Below are positions 8,559 through 17,213 of a DNA stretch of 29,175 bases, piece by piece. This DNA is from Hyphomicrobiales bacterium (lineage in GTDB: Bacteria > Chloroflexota > Dehalococcoidia > Tepidiformales > Tepidiformaceae): contig JBLNCO010000343.1 of the NCBI GenBank assembly GCA_050260715.1, positions 1 to 29,175 of the forward strand, in the 5' to 3' direction. A program made the position numbers and the translations under genes. Under the pieces are notes generated by a model. The model saw only the letters and a list, made by a program, of their open reading frames with translations. It was not told the DNA's origin and made no database searches. Every line of letters starts with the position of its first letter. The stretch's first letter is position 1.

Positions 8559-8936
8559 ATGACCAAGGCGACTATGGAAAATGGTAAGGCGCCCGTATCT
8601 GCGGGCCTCGGACAGCGCATTCGTGCTGCGCGCCGGGATGCTGGCATGAGCCAGGGGCAGCTCGCCACCTCGCTCAACACCACCCAGAGCGCCATCAGCC
8701 TCTACGAAGCGGGCCAGCGCTCGGTGGGCATCGACATGCTTCTCAGCGTGGCCAAGATTCTCAACCGGCCGCTCCACTACTTCCTCGGTGAGGAAGGCGA
8801 CATGCTGTACGTGAAGGACAGCGACATCGCCGAACTCATTTCGGAGCTCGAGAAGCATCCGGAAGACCTCCCCGAGCTGCTCGCCTACTGGCAGTTCCTC
8901 CGATGGCGCCGGTCCGGGGCAAACGGCAAGCACTAA
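8559..8936 (+). CDS. XRE/Cro-CI family HTH transcriptional regulator
   Basis: LGQRIRAARRDAGMSQGQLA...TQSAISLYEAGQR...VAKILNRPLHYFLG. Start ATG 8559 inferred. Confidence 0.9.
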   Translation: MTKATMENGKAPVSAGLGQRIRAARRDAGMSQGQLATSLNTTQSAISLYEAGQRSVGIDMLLSVAKILNRPLHYFLGEEGDMLYVKDSDIAELISELEKHPEDLPELLAYWQFLRWRRSGANGKH

Positions 8937-8978
8937 CCGGGGCCAACGCTCCCAGCCATCCGTCACGCCGGACCAACG

Positions 8979-9009
8979 ACGGAGCCCGTTCCGGGCTCCG
9001 TTTTCGTTT
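8979..9009 (+). terminator. Intrinsic terminator after the XRE gene
   Basis: Perfect 10-bp stem ACGGAGCCCG-ttc-CGGGCTCCGT followed by TTTCGTTT. Confidence 0.8.
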
Positions 9010-9072
9010 GCCCCGGGCGGGCTGCTCCTCGCGCCAGGACGCGAGCCCCGGTTAGCGGCAGGTAACACCGCC

Positions 9073-9248
9073 GTGGCGCCCTACCGCCGGGTTCGAAGGG
9101 TGAACGGACGGCGATCGAGGCGGGTGGCGATCTGCGTTTCGCGTTCGTGGGGCGGACCCTGCGCCGGGCTGGGACCGGTCCTCGCCACCGCGCCAGGGTG
9201 AGCCGCGAAGGGGACGTTTACCGTTCATGGCCCCCCGCAATGCGCTAC
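9073..9248. ncRNA. Candidate structured RNA with 6S RNA (SsrS)-like architecture, strand unresolved
   Basis: Nested helices found by eye: 9073-9079/9242-9248, 9101-9107/9221-9227 (TGAACGG/CCGTTCA), 9123-9130/9182-9189 and 9154-9158/9177-9181, with a large central internal loop; total about 176 nt. Confidence 0.4.
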
Positions 9249-9355
9249 ACTGGAGATAGCTTGAACGGGGATCCGCTGGTGCTGTCTCTTCAGGCGCTGC
9301 TGACCCGTAGACTCCGAGCTCGGCGCCGGTACCTGGCCGGCGCAACCTACAACGC

Positions 9356-10027
9356 ATGACCTCACCTGCAACCGCCCGCCAGACGGTCGGTGTCCTTGCT
9401 CTGCAGGGCGACTTTCGCGAACACGGGGAGATGCTCGAAGCGCTCGGCCACGATGTGGTCGAGGTGCGGCGTCCATTCCAGCTCGATGGGCTCGACGCCC
9501 TCATCATCCCCGGCGGCGAAAGCACCACCATCGCGCGGCTTATCCTCAGCAACGGCCTGCAGCAGCCGCTCCGCGACTTCTGCGCTTCGGGGCGCCCCAC
9601 GTGGGGCACCTGCGCGGGAGCGATCCTGCTTGCCCGCGAAGTCGACAACCTGGACCGGCCGGGCATCGAGACCATGGACATGACAGTTCGCCGGAACGCC
9701 TTCGGCCGGCAGGTCGATAGCTTCGAAGCGGACCTCGACGTCAAGGGCCTCGGTGGCGGCGCCTTCCGGGCGGTGTTCATCCGCGCGCCGCTCATCGAGC
9801 GCGTGTACGGCCGCGCCGAAGCGATCGCCACGCTCCCCGACGGTACCATCGTGGCGGCGCGCCAGGGGAACCTGCTGGCGACGTCGTTCCACCCGGAAAT
9901 CAGCGGCGATCCACGCATGCACCGGTGGTTCCTCACCCTCGGAACTCCTGCGGCTTCGGCCCATCCCAACGGCGCCGGAGGGACCGTGCCCGCGCTCACC
10001 GTCTCCCCCGAGGGACACGACGCATGA
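9356..10027 (+). CDS. pdxT: Pyridoxal 5'-phosphate synthase glutaminase subunit
   Basis: VGVLALQGDF, PGGESTT, WGTCAG (Cys nucleophile), RNAFGRQVDSFE, FIRAP, SFHPE. Confidence 0.95.
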   Translation: MTSPATARQTVGVLALQGDFREHGEMLEALGHDVVEVRRPFQLDGLDALIIPGGESTTIARLILSNGLQQPLRDFCASGRPTWGTCAGAILLAREVDNLDRPGIETMDMTVRRNAFGRQVDSFEADLDVKGLGGGAFRAVFIRAPLIERVYGRAEAIATLPDGTIVAARQGNLLATSFHPEISGDPRMHRWFLTLGTPAASAHPNGAGGTVPALTVSPEGHDA

Positions 10028-10944
10028 GAGAGTCGCGCGCGGAACCACTGAGCCCCATCGACGCCGCGACGCTCTGGCCGCAGATGCACCGACTCGCCAC
10101 CGAAGTCATCGCCACACGCGCGGGGGAGAACCTGCTCATCACCTCCGGGCTGGCCGCAACGGGCCTCACACGGCTGCCCCGCGTGCCGCGAACGGCCGTG
10201 CTCGGCGTCAAGCGCGGACTTGGCTACCACGGCGTGCTCGTGGCGCGCGAGCTGGCCGGTGGCGCCGGCTGGGAAGTCGTGTCGCTGCGCATCGCACGCG
10301 AAAAGCACGACGATGTGGTGATCGACCTGCTGGCGGGCGCCGGCGTGGAAGTGGCGCGGCGCGGCGGGCGGACACTCTACCTGCGCTACCCGGAGAGCTC
10401 GCCGCACCGGGACGCCATCCGGCGCGCGGGGCTGATGGCCTATCGCATCGAACGGCTCTACGCCATCACGGCGACCGTGGCGCCGTCGCACACGCAGTTC
10501 CGCCCGGCGGCGCGGTCCGACCGCCACGGCGTGTTCCGGCTCTACTGCCGGACCGTCCCCGAGCACATCCGCCGCCAGGAAGCACCGACGCAGCAGGACT
10601 GGCGCAGCGTGCACGACTCGTACGACTGCGAACGCGAGTTCGTGCTCGACCGCGACGGTGCGCTGGATGGCTGGGCTGGCTTCGGCGACCGCGAATGCCG
10701 GCTGCTCATCGACCCGATGGTCGAGGGGCTGGTCGATGCGGCGCTCGACCTGGTGGAGTTGCACGCGCCGAGGCACGGCACGCTGGTGCTCGGCGAAGAC
10801 CAGGGCAGCCTGGAAGGAACCGCGATTGCGCGCGGCTACACGCCCCTCGGCGTGCGCCTGCTCTGCGCGCGTCGCCTTGCGCTCCTGAACCCTCTGAAGG
10901 AGGTGGTGGCGGTGCCTGCGGGCTCGCAGGCGTTGCCGCAATAA
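10024..10944 (+). CDS. Hypothetical protein, possibly a degenerate tandem GNAT fold
   Basis: ATGA overlap with pdxT. Two similar-sized halves ending in ...IRRAGL.. and ..IARGY.., reminiscent of GNAT C-terminal helices. The fold call is inference. Confidence 0.65.
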   Translation: MRESRAEPLSPIDAATLWPQMHRLATEVIATRAGENLLITSGLAATGLTRLPRVPRTAVLGVKRGLGYHGVLVARELAGGAGWEVVSLRIAREKHDDVVIDLLAGAGVEVARRGGRTLYLRYPESSPHRDAIRRAGLMAYRIERLYAITATVAPSHTQFRPAARSDRHGVFRLYCRTVPEHIRRQEAPTQQDWRSVHDSYDCEREFVLDRDGALDGWAGFGDRECRLLIDPMVEGLVDAALDLVELHAPRHGTLVLGEDQGSLEGTAIARGYTPLGVRLLCARRLALLNPLKEVVAVPAGSQALPQ

Positions 10945-10947
10945 CAC

Positions 10948-12657
10948 GTGACAGAACCGACTCTTCTTTCTGAGCTACGCGCGGAACAGATCGTCACCGA
11001 CGATCTCGACCTGCTGCTCGACGCGCTTCCGCCGCACATTTGCGAAGTGCTGCGCGAGGAAGGACGGCGCGTCGATCTGCTCGAAGTGGTGATGGACCTG
11101 GGCCGTTTGCCGGAGGCCCGCTACCCCGGCCGCGAGGTCGTGCTCAGCCATACCGAGGTGACCGAGGCGGACCTCGAATACGTGACGAACCACATCGGCG
11201 AATTCGGCCTCGACAACCGCGCCGGCATCGAACGCACGCTGCACCGCATCTCGTGCATTCGCAACCGCCGCGGGAAGGTCATCGGCCTCACCTGCCGCAT
11301 CGGCCGCGCGGTCTACGGCACCATCCGCGTGATTGAGGATCTCGTCCTGAGCGGCAAGAGCATCCTCCTGCTCGGCCGCCCGGGCGTGGGCAAGACGACC
11401 ATGCTCCGCGAAGTCGCGCGCGTGCTCGCCGACGACGCCAACAAGCGCGTCATCATCGTCGATACCTCGAACGAAATCGGTGGCGACGGCGACATCCCGC
11501 ACCCGGCGATCGGCGGCGCCCGGCGCATGCAGGTACCCACCCCCGCCATGCAGCACGAGGTGATGATCGAGGCGGTGGAGAACCACATGCCCGAAGTCAT
11601 CGTGATCGACGAAATCGGGACCGAGCTCGAAGCCGGCGCCGCCCGGACCATCGCCGAACGCGGCGTGCAGCTCGTGGGCACCGCCCACGGGACGAGCCTC
11701 GAAAACCTGATGCTGAACCCGACGCTCGCCGACCTCATCGGCGGGATCCAGTCGGTCACGCTCGGCGACGAGGAAGCGCGCCGCCGCGGCACCCAGAAGT
11801 CCATCCTCGAACGGAAGGCCCCGCCGACCTTCGACGTGGTGGTCGAAATCCAGAGCTGGGCGCGCGTCGCCATCCACGCGAACGTCGCCGACACGGTCGA
11901 CGCCCTGCTCCGTGGCTACGCCGCCCCGCCAGAGGTCCGGCAGCTCGCGAGCAACGGGCGCATCGAGGTTGTCGACGACGCGGACGAGGCCGACGCCACG
12001 CGCGGCGAGCTGCACACGCCAGCGCAGCCGGCCCGTGCGCGCGAGCGAGGCGGCTGGGAGCTCGGGCATCACCGGCGTTCGGGCGGGCACGTGCGCGACG
12101 ATGCGCCCCTGGAGCAGGTCCGCGACCGGGATCGCTTCGCCCGCGCCGACCTCCCGAACACGCCGATCCGCATCCACCCTTTCGGGGTTTCGCGGTCCCG
12201 GCTCGAACAGGCGATCCGGACGATCGGGGTGAACGTCGAGATCGTGAACGACGTGCGCGACGCTGACGCCGTGATCACGCTGCGGACGTACTACCGGCGC
12301 AAGCCGCCGGCGCTGCGCGAGGCCGAAGAGCGCTCGCTGCCCATCTACGTGGTCAAGAGCAACACCGAGTTCCAGATGGAGCAGGTACTGCAGCAGTTCC
12401 GCGCCGGCGGCAGCGGCGAGCGGGCGGTGCGCCGCGACCCGATGGCCGACATCTTCCGCGAGACGGAAGACGCCATCGCGCGGGTCCTCGAAGAGGGGCG
12501 GCCGGTCGAGCTCGAACCGGCGAACAGCTATGTCCGGCGCGTCCAGCACCAGCTCGCGACGCGCTACAACCTGGCCACGAAGAGCTCGGGCAAGGAGCCG
12601 CAGCGGCGGGTGAAGATTCTCCCGTTCGGGCAGGCGGCGGCGTTCGACCGCAGCTAG
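10948..12657 (+). CDS. Ycf45/SpoIIIAA-like AAA ATPase with C-terminal R3H domain
   Basis: [16 protein letters not shown], Walker [24 protein letters not shown], Walker B VIVIDE, GTAHG, and an R3H motif [12 protein letters not shown]. Confidence 0.9.
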   Translation: MTEPTLLSELRAEQIVTDDLDLLLDALPPHICEVLREEGRRVDLLEVVMDLGRLPEARYPGREVVLSHTEVTEADLEYVTNHIGEFGLDNRAGIERTLHRISCIRNRRGKVIGLTCRIGRAVYGTIRVIEDLVLSGKSILLLGRPGVGKTTMLREVARVLADDANKRVIIVDTSNEIGGDGDIPHPAIGGARRMQVPTPAMQHEVMIEAVENHMPEVIVIDEIGTELEAGAARTIAERGVQLVGTAHGTSLENLMLNPTLADLIGGIQSVTLGDEEARRRGTQKSILERKAPPTFDVVVEIQSWARVAIHANVADTVDALLRGYAAPPEVRQLASNGRIEVVDDADEADATRGELHTPAQPARARERGGWELGHHRRSGGHVRDDAPLEQVRDRDRFARADLPNTPIRIHPFGVSRSRLEQAIRTIGVNVEIVNDVRDADAVITLRTYYRRKPPALREAEERSLPIYVVKSNTEFQMEQVLQQFRAGGSGERAVRRDPMADIFRETEDAIARVLEEGRPVELEPANSYVRRVQHQLATRYNLATKSSGKEPQRRVKILPFGQAAAFDRS

Positions 12658-12684
12658 CCGCCGCGGTTCGCGTACACTCGCTCG

Positions 12685-13524
12685 ATGCAACGCCTCGAAC
12701 CATCCCAGTACGACCGCGTGCGGCCGCTCGTGCCGTCACACCACGAAGCCGGGCACACGGCATTCGTCTGGGCCGTGCTCAACGGGGCGATGCCGGGCGA
12801 TGTGTTCGCCGATGACCCCGCCAACCCGAAGTCGGCGATCGTGGCGAACGAGTGCGACTTCTGGTTCGCGCTGGGCGAACCGCGGGCCGACCTGGTCGCA
12901 CGGATCGTGCCGGAGCTCCTCGCGATCATCCCCGAGCGCAACGCATCGGCGCTCTGGTGCACCGCACCGGGCTGGGACGCCGCGCTCGCGCCGCTCTTCC
13001 CCGAGGTGAGCCGCCGCAAGGAGTTCCACTACCGCCCCGATCTGGCAAGGGTGCGGGAAATGCCACTGCCCGACGGCCTGGAGCTGCGGCCGATGACAGC
13101 CGGGCTGGCCGCGCGCATCCGCCGGCAGCACCTGGACCCGTGGGTCACCGAGATCTACGGCGGCCCGGAGGGACTGGAGCGCCGGTCGTTCGGGTGGATG
13201 GCCGTCGACGGCAGCGGCGACCCGGTGAGCATGTGCATCGCCTGTGGAATCGGTGGCCCGGATGGCGCCGTCGAAGCCGAAATCGAAGTCGGCACCGACG
13301 ACCGCTATCGGCGCCGCGATCTCGCGACGGCGGTCGCGCTCGCGTTCATCGCCGATTGCAAGGAACGCGGCCTCATACCGGCCTGGACGTGCGCCTCGGG
13401 GAACGAACCGTCCGCGCGGCTGGCGCGCCGCCTGGGCTTCGTCGAATTCCGCGAAGTCACCGGGTTCGAGCTCGACCGGGACATGCAGCTCGTGGATGGG
13501 AAGTGGGTGCGGCCGCGGCCGTAG
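12685..13524 (+). CDS. GNAT-family N-acetyltransferase (YdfB-like)
   Basis: EIEVGTDDRYRRRDLATAVA...GLIPAWTCASGNEPSARLARRLGF. TACACT lies 6 nt upstream of the ATG. Confidence 0.85.
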   Translation: MQRLEPSQYDRVRPLVPSHHEAGHTAFVWAVLNGAMPGDVFADDPANPKSAIVANECDFWFALGEPRADLVARIVPELLAIIPERNASALWCTAPGWDAALAPLFPEVSRRKEFHYRPDLARVREMPLPDGLELRPMTAGLAARIRRQHLDPWVTEIYGGPEGLERRSFGWMAVDGSGDPVSMCIACGIGGPDGAVEAEIEVGTDDRYRRRDLATAVALAFIADCKERGLIPAWTCASGNEPSARLARRLGFVEFREVTGFELDRDMQLVDGKWVRPRP

Positions 13525-13538
13525 CCAGCCGTGCTCGC

Positions 13539-13790
13539 CTATTCGAACAGCTGCTTCGCCGCGAACGAAAAGCCCCCGAGCGAGGTCAGGATGATCTCCT
13601 CCTCGCCGGTGTAGGTCCGGGGCGCGCCGTCTCCTTCGAACACCGTCACGGTTCGGCGCTCCGGCTCGACGAGGAGTCCGGCCTTCGTGCCCTGGTCGAG
13701 CAGGAATCGGAGCCGGGACTCCAGCTCCCGTGCGCTCTACCCCGGCGACCGCACTTCGGCTACGAGGTCCGGCGGCACGGCCTGTACCAT
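13539..13790 (-). pseudogene. Uma2/DUF820 PD-(D/E)XK endonuclease C-terminal fragment with an in-frame TAG
   Basis: Hand translation: MVQAVPPDLVAEVRSPG*SARELESRLRFLLDQGTKAGLLVEPERRTVTVFEGDGAPRTYTGEEEIILTSLGGFSFAAKQLFE*. TAG at 13737-13739; the N-terminal half of a typical Uma2 is absent. Confidence 0.75.
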
Positions 13791-13828
13791 GCGCCAATTG
13801 TACCGCGGCACGTCCCGCCTCGAACGCC

Positions 13829-14338
13829 TTAGTGCATATCGGAGCGGGTGCGCTCGGCCATTTGCTCGTTCGGCTCGTTCATGTCGGTGGGGTCATCGGC
13901 GATGGGGTACTCCGAGCTGCCGTTGCCGTTCTTCTGCATCTCGCTGCGGTAGGGGTTTTCCGCGCCGGTATGCGCTTCGCGCTCGTCGGGCATCTTCTCG
14001 TCGAGCTGTTCTTCGTCTTCGCCGCCTATCTGAAAGTCATCCACACCCATTTCGGCCATCCATTGCCTGGTCTCCTCCCGTTCGAGCTCCTCATCGAGCA
14101 GGCGAAAGGAGCCGCGCTGGAACGGACGGAGGTCTTCGTAGCTTTCGCCTGTGCCGTGGAGGGTGACGGTGCGGCCATCGGATTGCTGGATAGCGCGGAG
14201 CGGCACGAGCAGTTGGTTACCGTTTCGTTCGATGACCAGGCCGGTGGGGCGCCCGGTTTGCTGGTCTGCCGCGATGTGCTCAAGGCGGCCGATGTACTGG
14301 CCGTCCTCCGCGAGAACGCGAATGTGCGCTACTGCCAT
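13829..14338 (-). CDS. PRC-barrel domain protein with an acidic low-complexity C-terminus
   Basis: VLAEDGQYIGRLEHIAADQQTGRPTGLVIE...LLVPLRAI fits the PRC-barrel pattern; GGAGGG RBS. Confidence 0.75.
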   Translation of the reverse strand: MAVAHIRVLAEDGQYIGRLEHIAADQQTGRPTGLVIERNGNQLLVPLRAIQQSDGRTVTLHGTGESYEDLRPFQRGSFRLLDEELEREETRQWMAEMGVDDFQIGGEDEEQLDEKMPDEREAHTGAENPYRSEMQKNGNGSSEYPIADDPTDMNEPNEQMAERTRSDMH

Positions 14339-14493
14339 TTAGTCGCCCTCCCGAATCGCCCTCCGTCCGTAACCTCTACCCATCGTTACCTTCGTGGGTG
14401 ACGGAGCGGGTCAAGCCCCGCAATGCGCCGCTTTCAGTTGCCTCGCAGGGCCTCCCGATGCGCGGATCCAGGCCGCCTGCCGATGATCCGGTC

Positions 14494-15219
14494 ATGGCGA
14501 AGGCCGCGATGTTCCTGGTGGCACTCCTGCTCGCCGGTACCGCACGCTGTTATCGCAGCGACCCTGCGGCGACGATCGCCGGGCTGCCCATCGTGGGTGC
14601 AATAGTAAACCCGCCGCCAACGACCCCGGCCTACGTCGATACGATTGGCACGCCTGCGGCCAACCCGCTGCTCGAAACCGACCTCGCCACATGGTTCGAC
14701 CCCGCCGCCGAAGACCCGTACGACGTCGCGCGTTGGCAGCAGATCCGGGCGTTCGTGGCGGCCATGGGCACGAAGGACGGCTTCGCCGAAGGGTGCAAGC
14801 AGGCGGCCACCGCCGCGGGAGCCGACCGTGCCGCGAAGCCGGAAATCGGGGCGCTCGGCTGCAGCGACGACGGCACGATCACGCAGTTGCAGCGCTTCGC
14901 CGTGCAGGAACTGGCGCTCGAGGCGGAAGTCGTGCTCTGGTACCGCGGCGTGCCCGGCGCGAGCGTCGGTGCGATTGAGTCGCGGCAGGCGGAGGTGCGG
15001 CTCGCCTGCTCGTACGATGTGGTCGCGCGGCAGGGGCCATCGAGCCCCTTCGCGCAGGCCTGCGCGCTCGCCCTCGGCACGGCCTACCGCGAGGGCGACG
15101 CACCCGCGACGCTCACGGCGCTCGGCGAGGCGTATCGGCTCACCGCCGGCGAGCTGGCGCGCCTGGACCCCACGATCGAGCAGGAACCCGGCTACTTCGA
15201 ACCCGCCGCGAAGCAGTAG
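14494..15219 (+). CDS. Hypothetical exported protein with several Cys
   Basis: MAKAAMFLVALLLAG signal-like start and coding-like codon usage; start uncertain. Confidence 0.6.
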   Translation: MAKAAMFLVALLLAGTARCYRSDPAATIAGLPIVGAIVNPPPTTPAYVDTIGTPAANPLLETDLATWFDPAAEDPYDVARWQQIRAFVAAMGTKDGFAEGCKQAATAAGADRAAKPEIGALGCSDDGTITQLQRFAVQELALEAEVVLWYRGVPGASVGAIESRQAEVRLACSYDVVARQGPSSPFAQACALALGTAYREGDAPATLTALGEAYRLTAGELARLDPTIEQEPGYFEPAAKQ

Positions 15220-15258
15220 AGGCGGCACAGCCCCGGAGCGGTTGGCTATCATCGGACC

Positions 15259-15975
15259 ATGGCTTCCCTGGTGCTCGGCGGTCTCGAAGTCGAAATTCCC
15301 CAACCGATCGCGATCCCCGGCGGGTCGTTTGTGATGGGCAGGGCCGACAGCCGGCCGGACGAAGCGCCGCCCCACCGCGTGACGGTACGGCCGTTCCGGG
15401 CAGCGGTGGCGCCGGTTTCGAACGCCGAGTACGCGGGGTACGTGCGGGCGGCCGGGACGCAACCCGCGCCGTTTCTCGGCGAGGAGCGCTTCGCCGCGCC
15501 CGACCTGCCGGTGGTCGGGATCAACTGGTTCGAGGCAGTGGCGTATTGCGAGTGGCTGCGCGAAACGACGGGCATCCCGTTCCGGCTGCCCACGGAGGCC
15601 GAGCGCGAGTGGGCTGCCCTCGGCGGGCGGCCGGGCGGCGACTGGCCGTGGCCCGGCGAGGAACACCCGGCCGCGGCGCTCATCACCGGGATCGATGGTC
15701 CGCACGTGCCTACCGCCGCATGCGCGAACGGGTACGGGCTGCGGTGCATGGCCGAGAACGTGCACGAGTGGTGCAGCGACTGGTACTCGCGCGACTACTA
15801 CGCCGATTCGCCCGAAGAGGACCCGCGCGGGCCGGCCGAGGGCAGGCGGCGAGCCAGCCGCGGAGGCGCCTGGCGCCACCGCATCGTGGTCACGCGCATC
15901 AACGCCCGGTCGAGCCTCGACCCCTCGTTCCACTACAGCGACTACGGCTTCCGCGTGTACGCGGACGCGGAGTAG
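15259..15975 (+). CDS. FGE-sulfatase-fold protein (SUMF1/EgtB/PvdO family)
   Basis: IPGGSFVMG, DEAPPH, PVVGINWFEAVAYCEWL, FRLPTEAEREWAA, NGYGLRCMAENVHEWCSDWY, RGGAW, YGFR. Confidence 0.9.
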   Translation: MASLVLGGLEVEIPQPIAIPGGSFVMGRADSRPDEAPPHRVTVRPFRAAVAPVSNAEYAGYVRAAGTQPAPFLGEERFAAPDLPVVGINWFEAVAYCEWLRETTGIPFRLPTEAEREWAALGGRPGGDWPWPGEEHPAAALITGIDGPHVPTAACANGYGLRCMAENVHEWCSDWYSRDYYADSPEEDPRGPAEGRRRASRGGAWRHRIVVTRINARSSLDPSFHYSDYGFRVYADAE

Positions 15976-16037
15976 CACGTGCCACGGCTGCGTCCGAGCC
16001 GGGTCTGGTATCGTTCGCCGAAAACAGGGGGACGACG

Positions 16038-16685
16038 ATGGAACGCGTGGATGACGGCGACCTTTCGATCCTGATGGGCGGACCGGCCGGCGCCTACGGC
16101 AATAATCTCTACCTGGTCATCGACCGGGCGAGCGGCGAGGCGGCGTTCATCGATGCCCCCGACGAGCCCGAAAAGAGCGTCGCGCTGGCGGAGGAGGCGG
16201 GCGCGCGGCCGACGGCGATCCTGCTCACCCACTCGCACTTCGACCACACCGGCAGCATCGATGCCCTGAAGGCGCGGTACGGCCTGCGCCTCTACGCCGA
16301 CGCGGCCGAGCCCTGGCTCAAGGAGGGCCAGCTCGACGAGCCGGTGAGCCACGGCCAGGAGATTACGGTCGGGAACCTCACGCTGCGGGCGCTCAGCGTG
16401 CCGGGCCACACCCCGGGGAGCACAACGTACGTCATCGGGAAGCACGCGTTCGTGGGCGACACGCTCTTCCCCGGCGGCCCCGGCCGCACGCAGTCGCCGG
16501 CGGACCTGCAGCAGGAGATCGCCTCCATCCGCGAGAAGCTGTACAGGCTGCCCTACGACACGCGCATCTACCCGGGGCACGGCCCCACGACGACCATCGG
16601 CGCGAGCAAGAACGAGTACGAGGCCTTCGCGGCCCGCGAACACCCGGCCGACCTCCACGGTGACGTGCTCTGGGCGGAGTCGTAA
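16038..16685 (+). CDS. MBL-fold metallo-hydrolase (glyoxalase II-like)
   Basis: THSHFDH, PGHTPGS, GDTLF and PGHG motifs. Confidence 0.92.
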   Translation: MERVDDGDLSILMGGPAGAYGNNLYLVIDRASGEAAFIDAPDEPEKSVALAEEAGARPTAILLTHSHFDHTGSIDALKARYGLRLYADAAEPWLKEGQLDEPVSHGQEITVGNLTLRALSVPGHTPGSTTYVIGKHAFVGDTLFPGGPGRTQSPADLQQEIASIREKLYRLPYDTRIYPGHGPTTTIGASKNEYEAFAAREHPADLHGDVLWAES

Positions 16686-16709
16686 CAGCGGAGGGCCCGT
16701 CCGGGCGGG

Positions 16710-17213
16710 TTACTGCTCGAATTCGGCCCGGACCTTCGCGTCCTTCTCGCGGACCATGTCGGCGAGCTGCGCCTGGAACGCCTCCATCTTGGCGCGCAGT
16801 GCGGGGTCCGATGCGCCGAGGATGCGGACGGCGAGCAGCCCTGCGTTCCGGGCGCCGCCGATGGCCATGGTCGCGACCGGGACGCCGGCGGGCATCTGCA
16901 CGATGGAGAGCAGCGAATCGAGGCCGGCGGTGTGCTGCAGCGGCACGGGCACGCCGATGACCGGCAGTGGCGTGGCAGCTGCGACCATCCCGGGCAGGTG
17001 GGCGGCGCCCCCTGCTCCCGCGATGATCACCTTCAGCCCCCGGCCGGCCGCCGAGTGCGCGTATTCGAGCATCGCATCGGGGGTGCGGTGCGCCGAGACG
17101 ACCCGCACCTCGCACGGCACGCCAAACTCGGCCAGCGCTTCCTGCGCAGCGCGCATGACGGACAGGTCCGAATCGCTGCCCATGATGATGCCGACCAGCG
17201 GTGCGGCGCTCAT
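16710..17213 (-). CDS. purE: N5-carboxyaminoimidazole ribonucleotide mutase
   Basis: [38 protein letters not shown]. Confidence 0.96.
   Translation of the reverse strand: MSAAPLVGIIMGSDSDLSVMRAAQEALAEFGVPCEVRVVSAHRTPDAMLEYAHSAAGRGLKVIIAGAGGAAHLPGMVAAATPLPVIGVPVPLQHTAGLDSLLSIVQMPAGVPVATMAIGGARNAGLLAVRILGASDPALRAKMEAFQAQLADMVREKDAKVRAEFEQ

Noticed and set aside
9052-9228. 58-aa minus-strand ORF MNGKRPLRGSPW...
   Set aside because: No RBS or promoter, a low-complexity P/R/G product, and it coincides with the predicted RNA hairpin.
9011-9355. SRP RNA, tmRNA, RNase P RNA or a known riboswitch in the pdxT upstream region
   Set aside because: No SRP helix-8 motif (CAGG..GGAAG..AGCA), no tRNA-like ends, no RNase P GGAAAGUC, and no TPP, SAM, B12 or ZTP signatures were found by eye.
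13737-13739. Genome-wide amber recoding or pyrrolysine
   Set aside because: TAG is used as a normal stop in several genes here (e.g. 2397, 12657, 13524, 15219, 15975), and no pyl genes are in the window.
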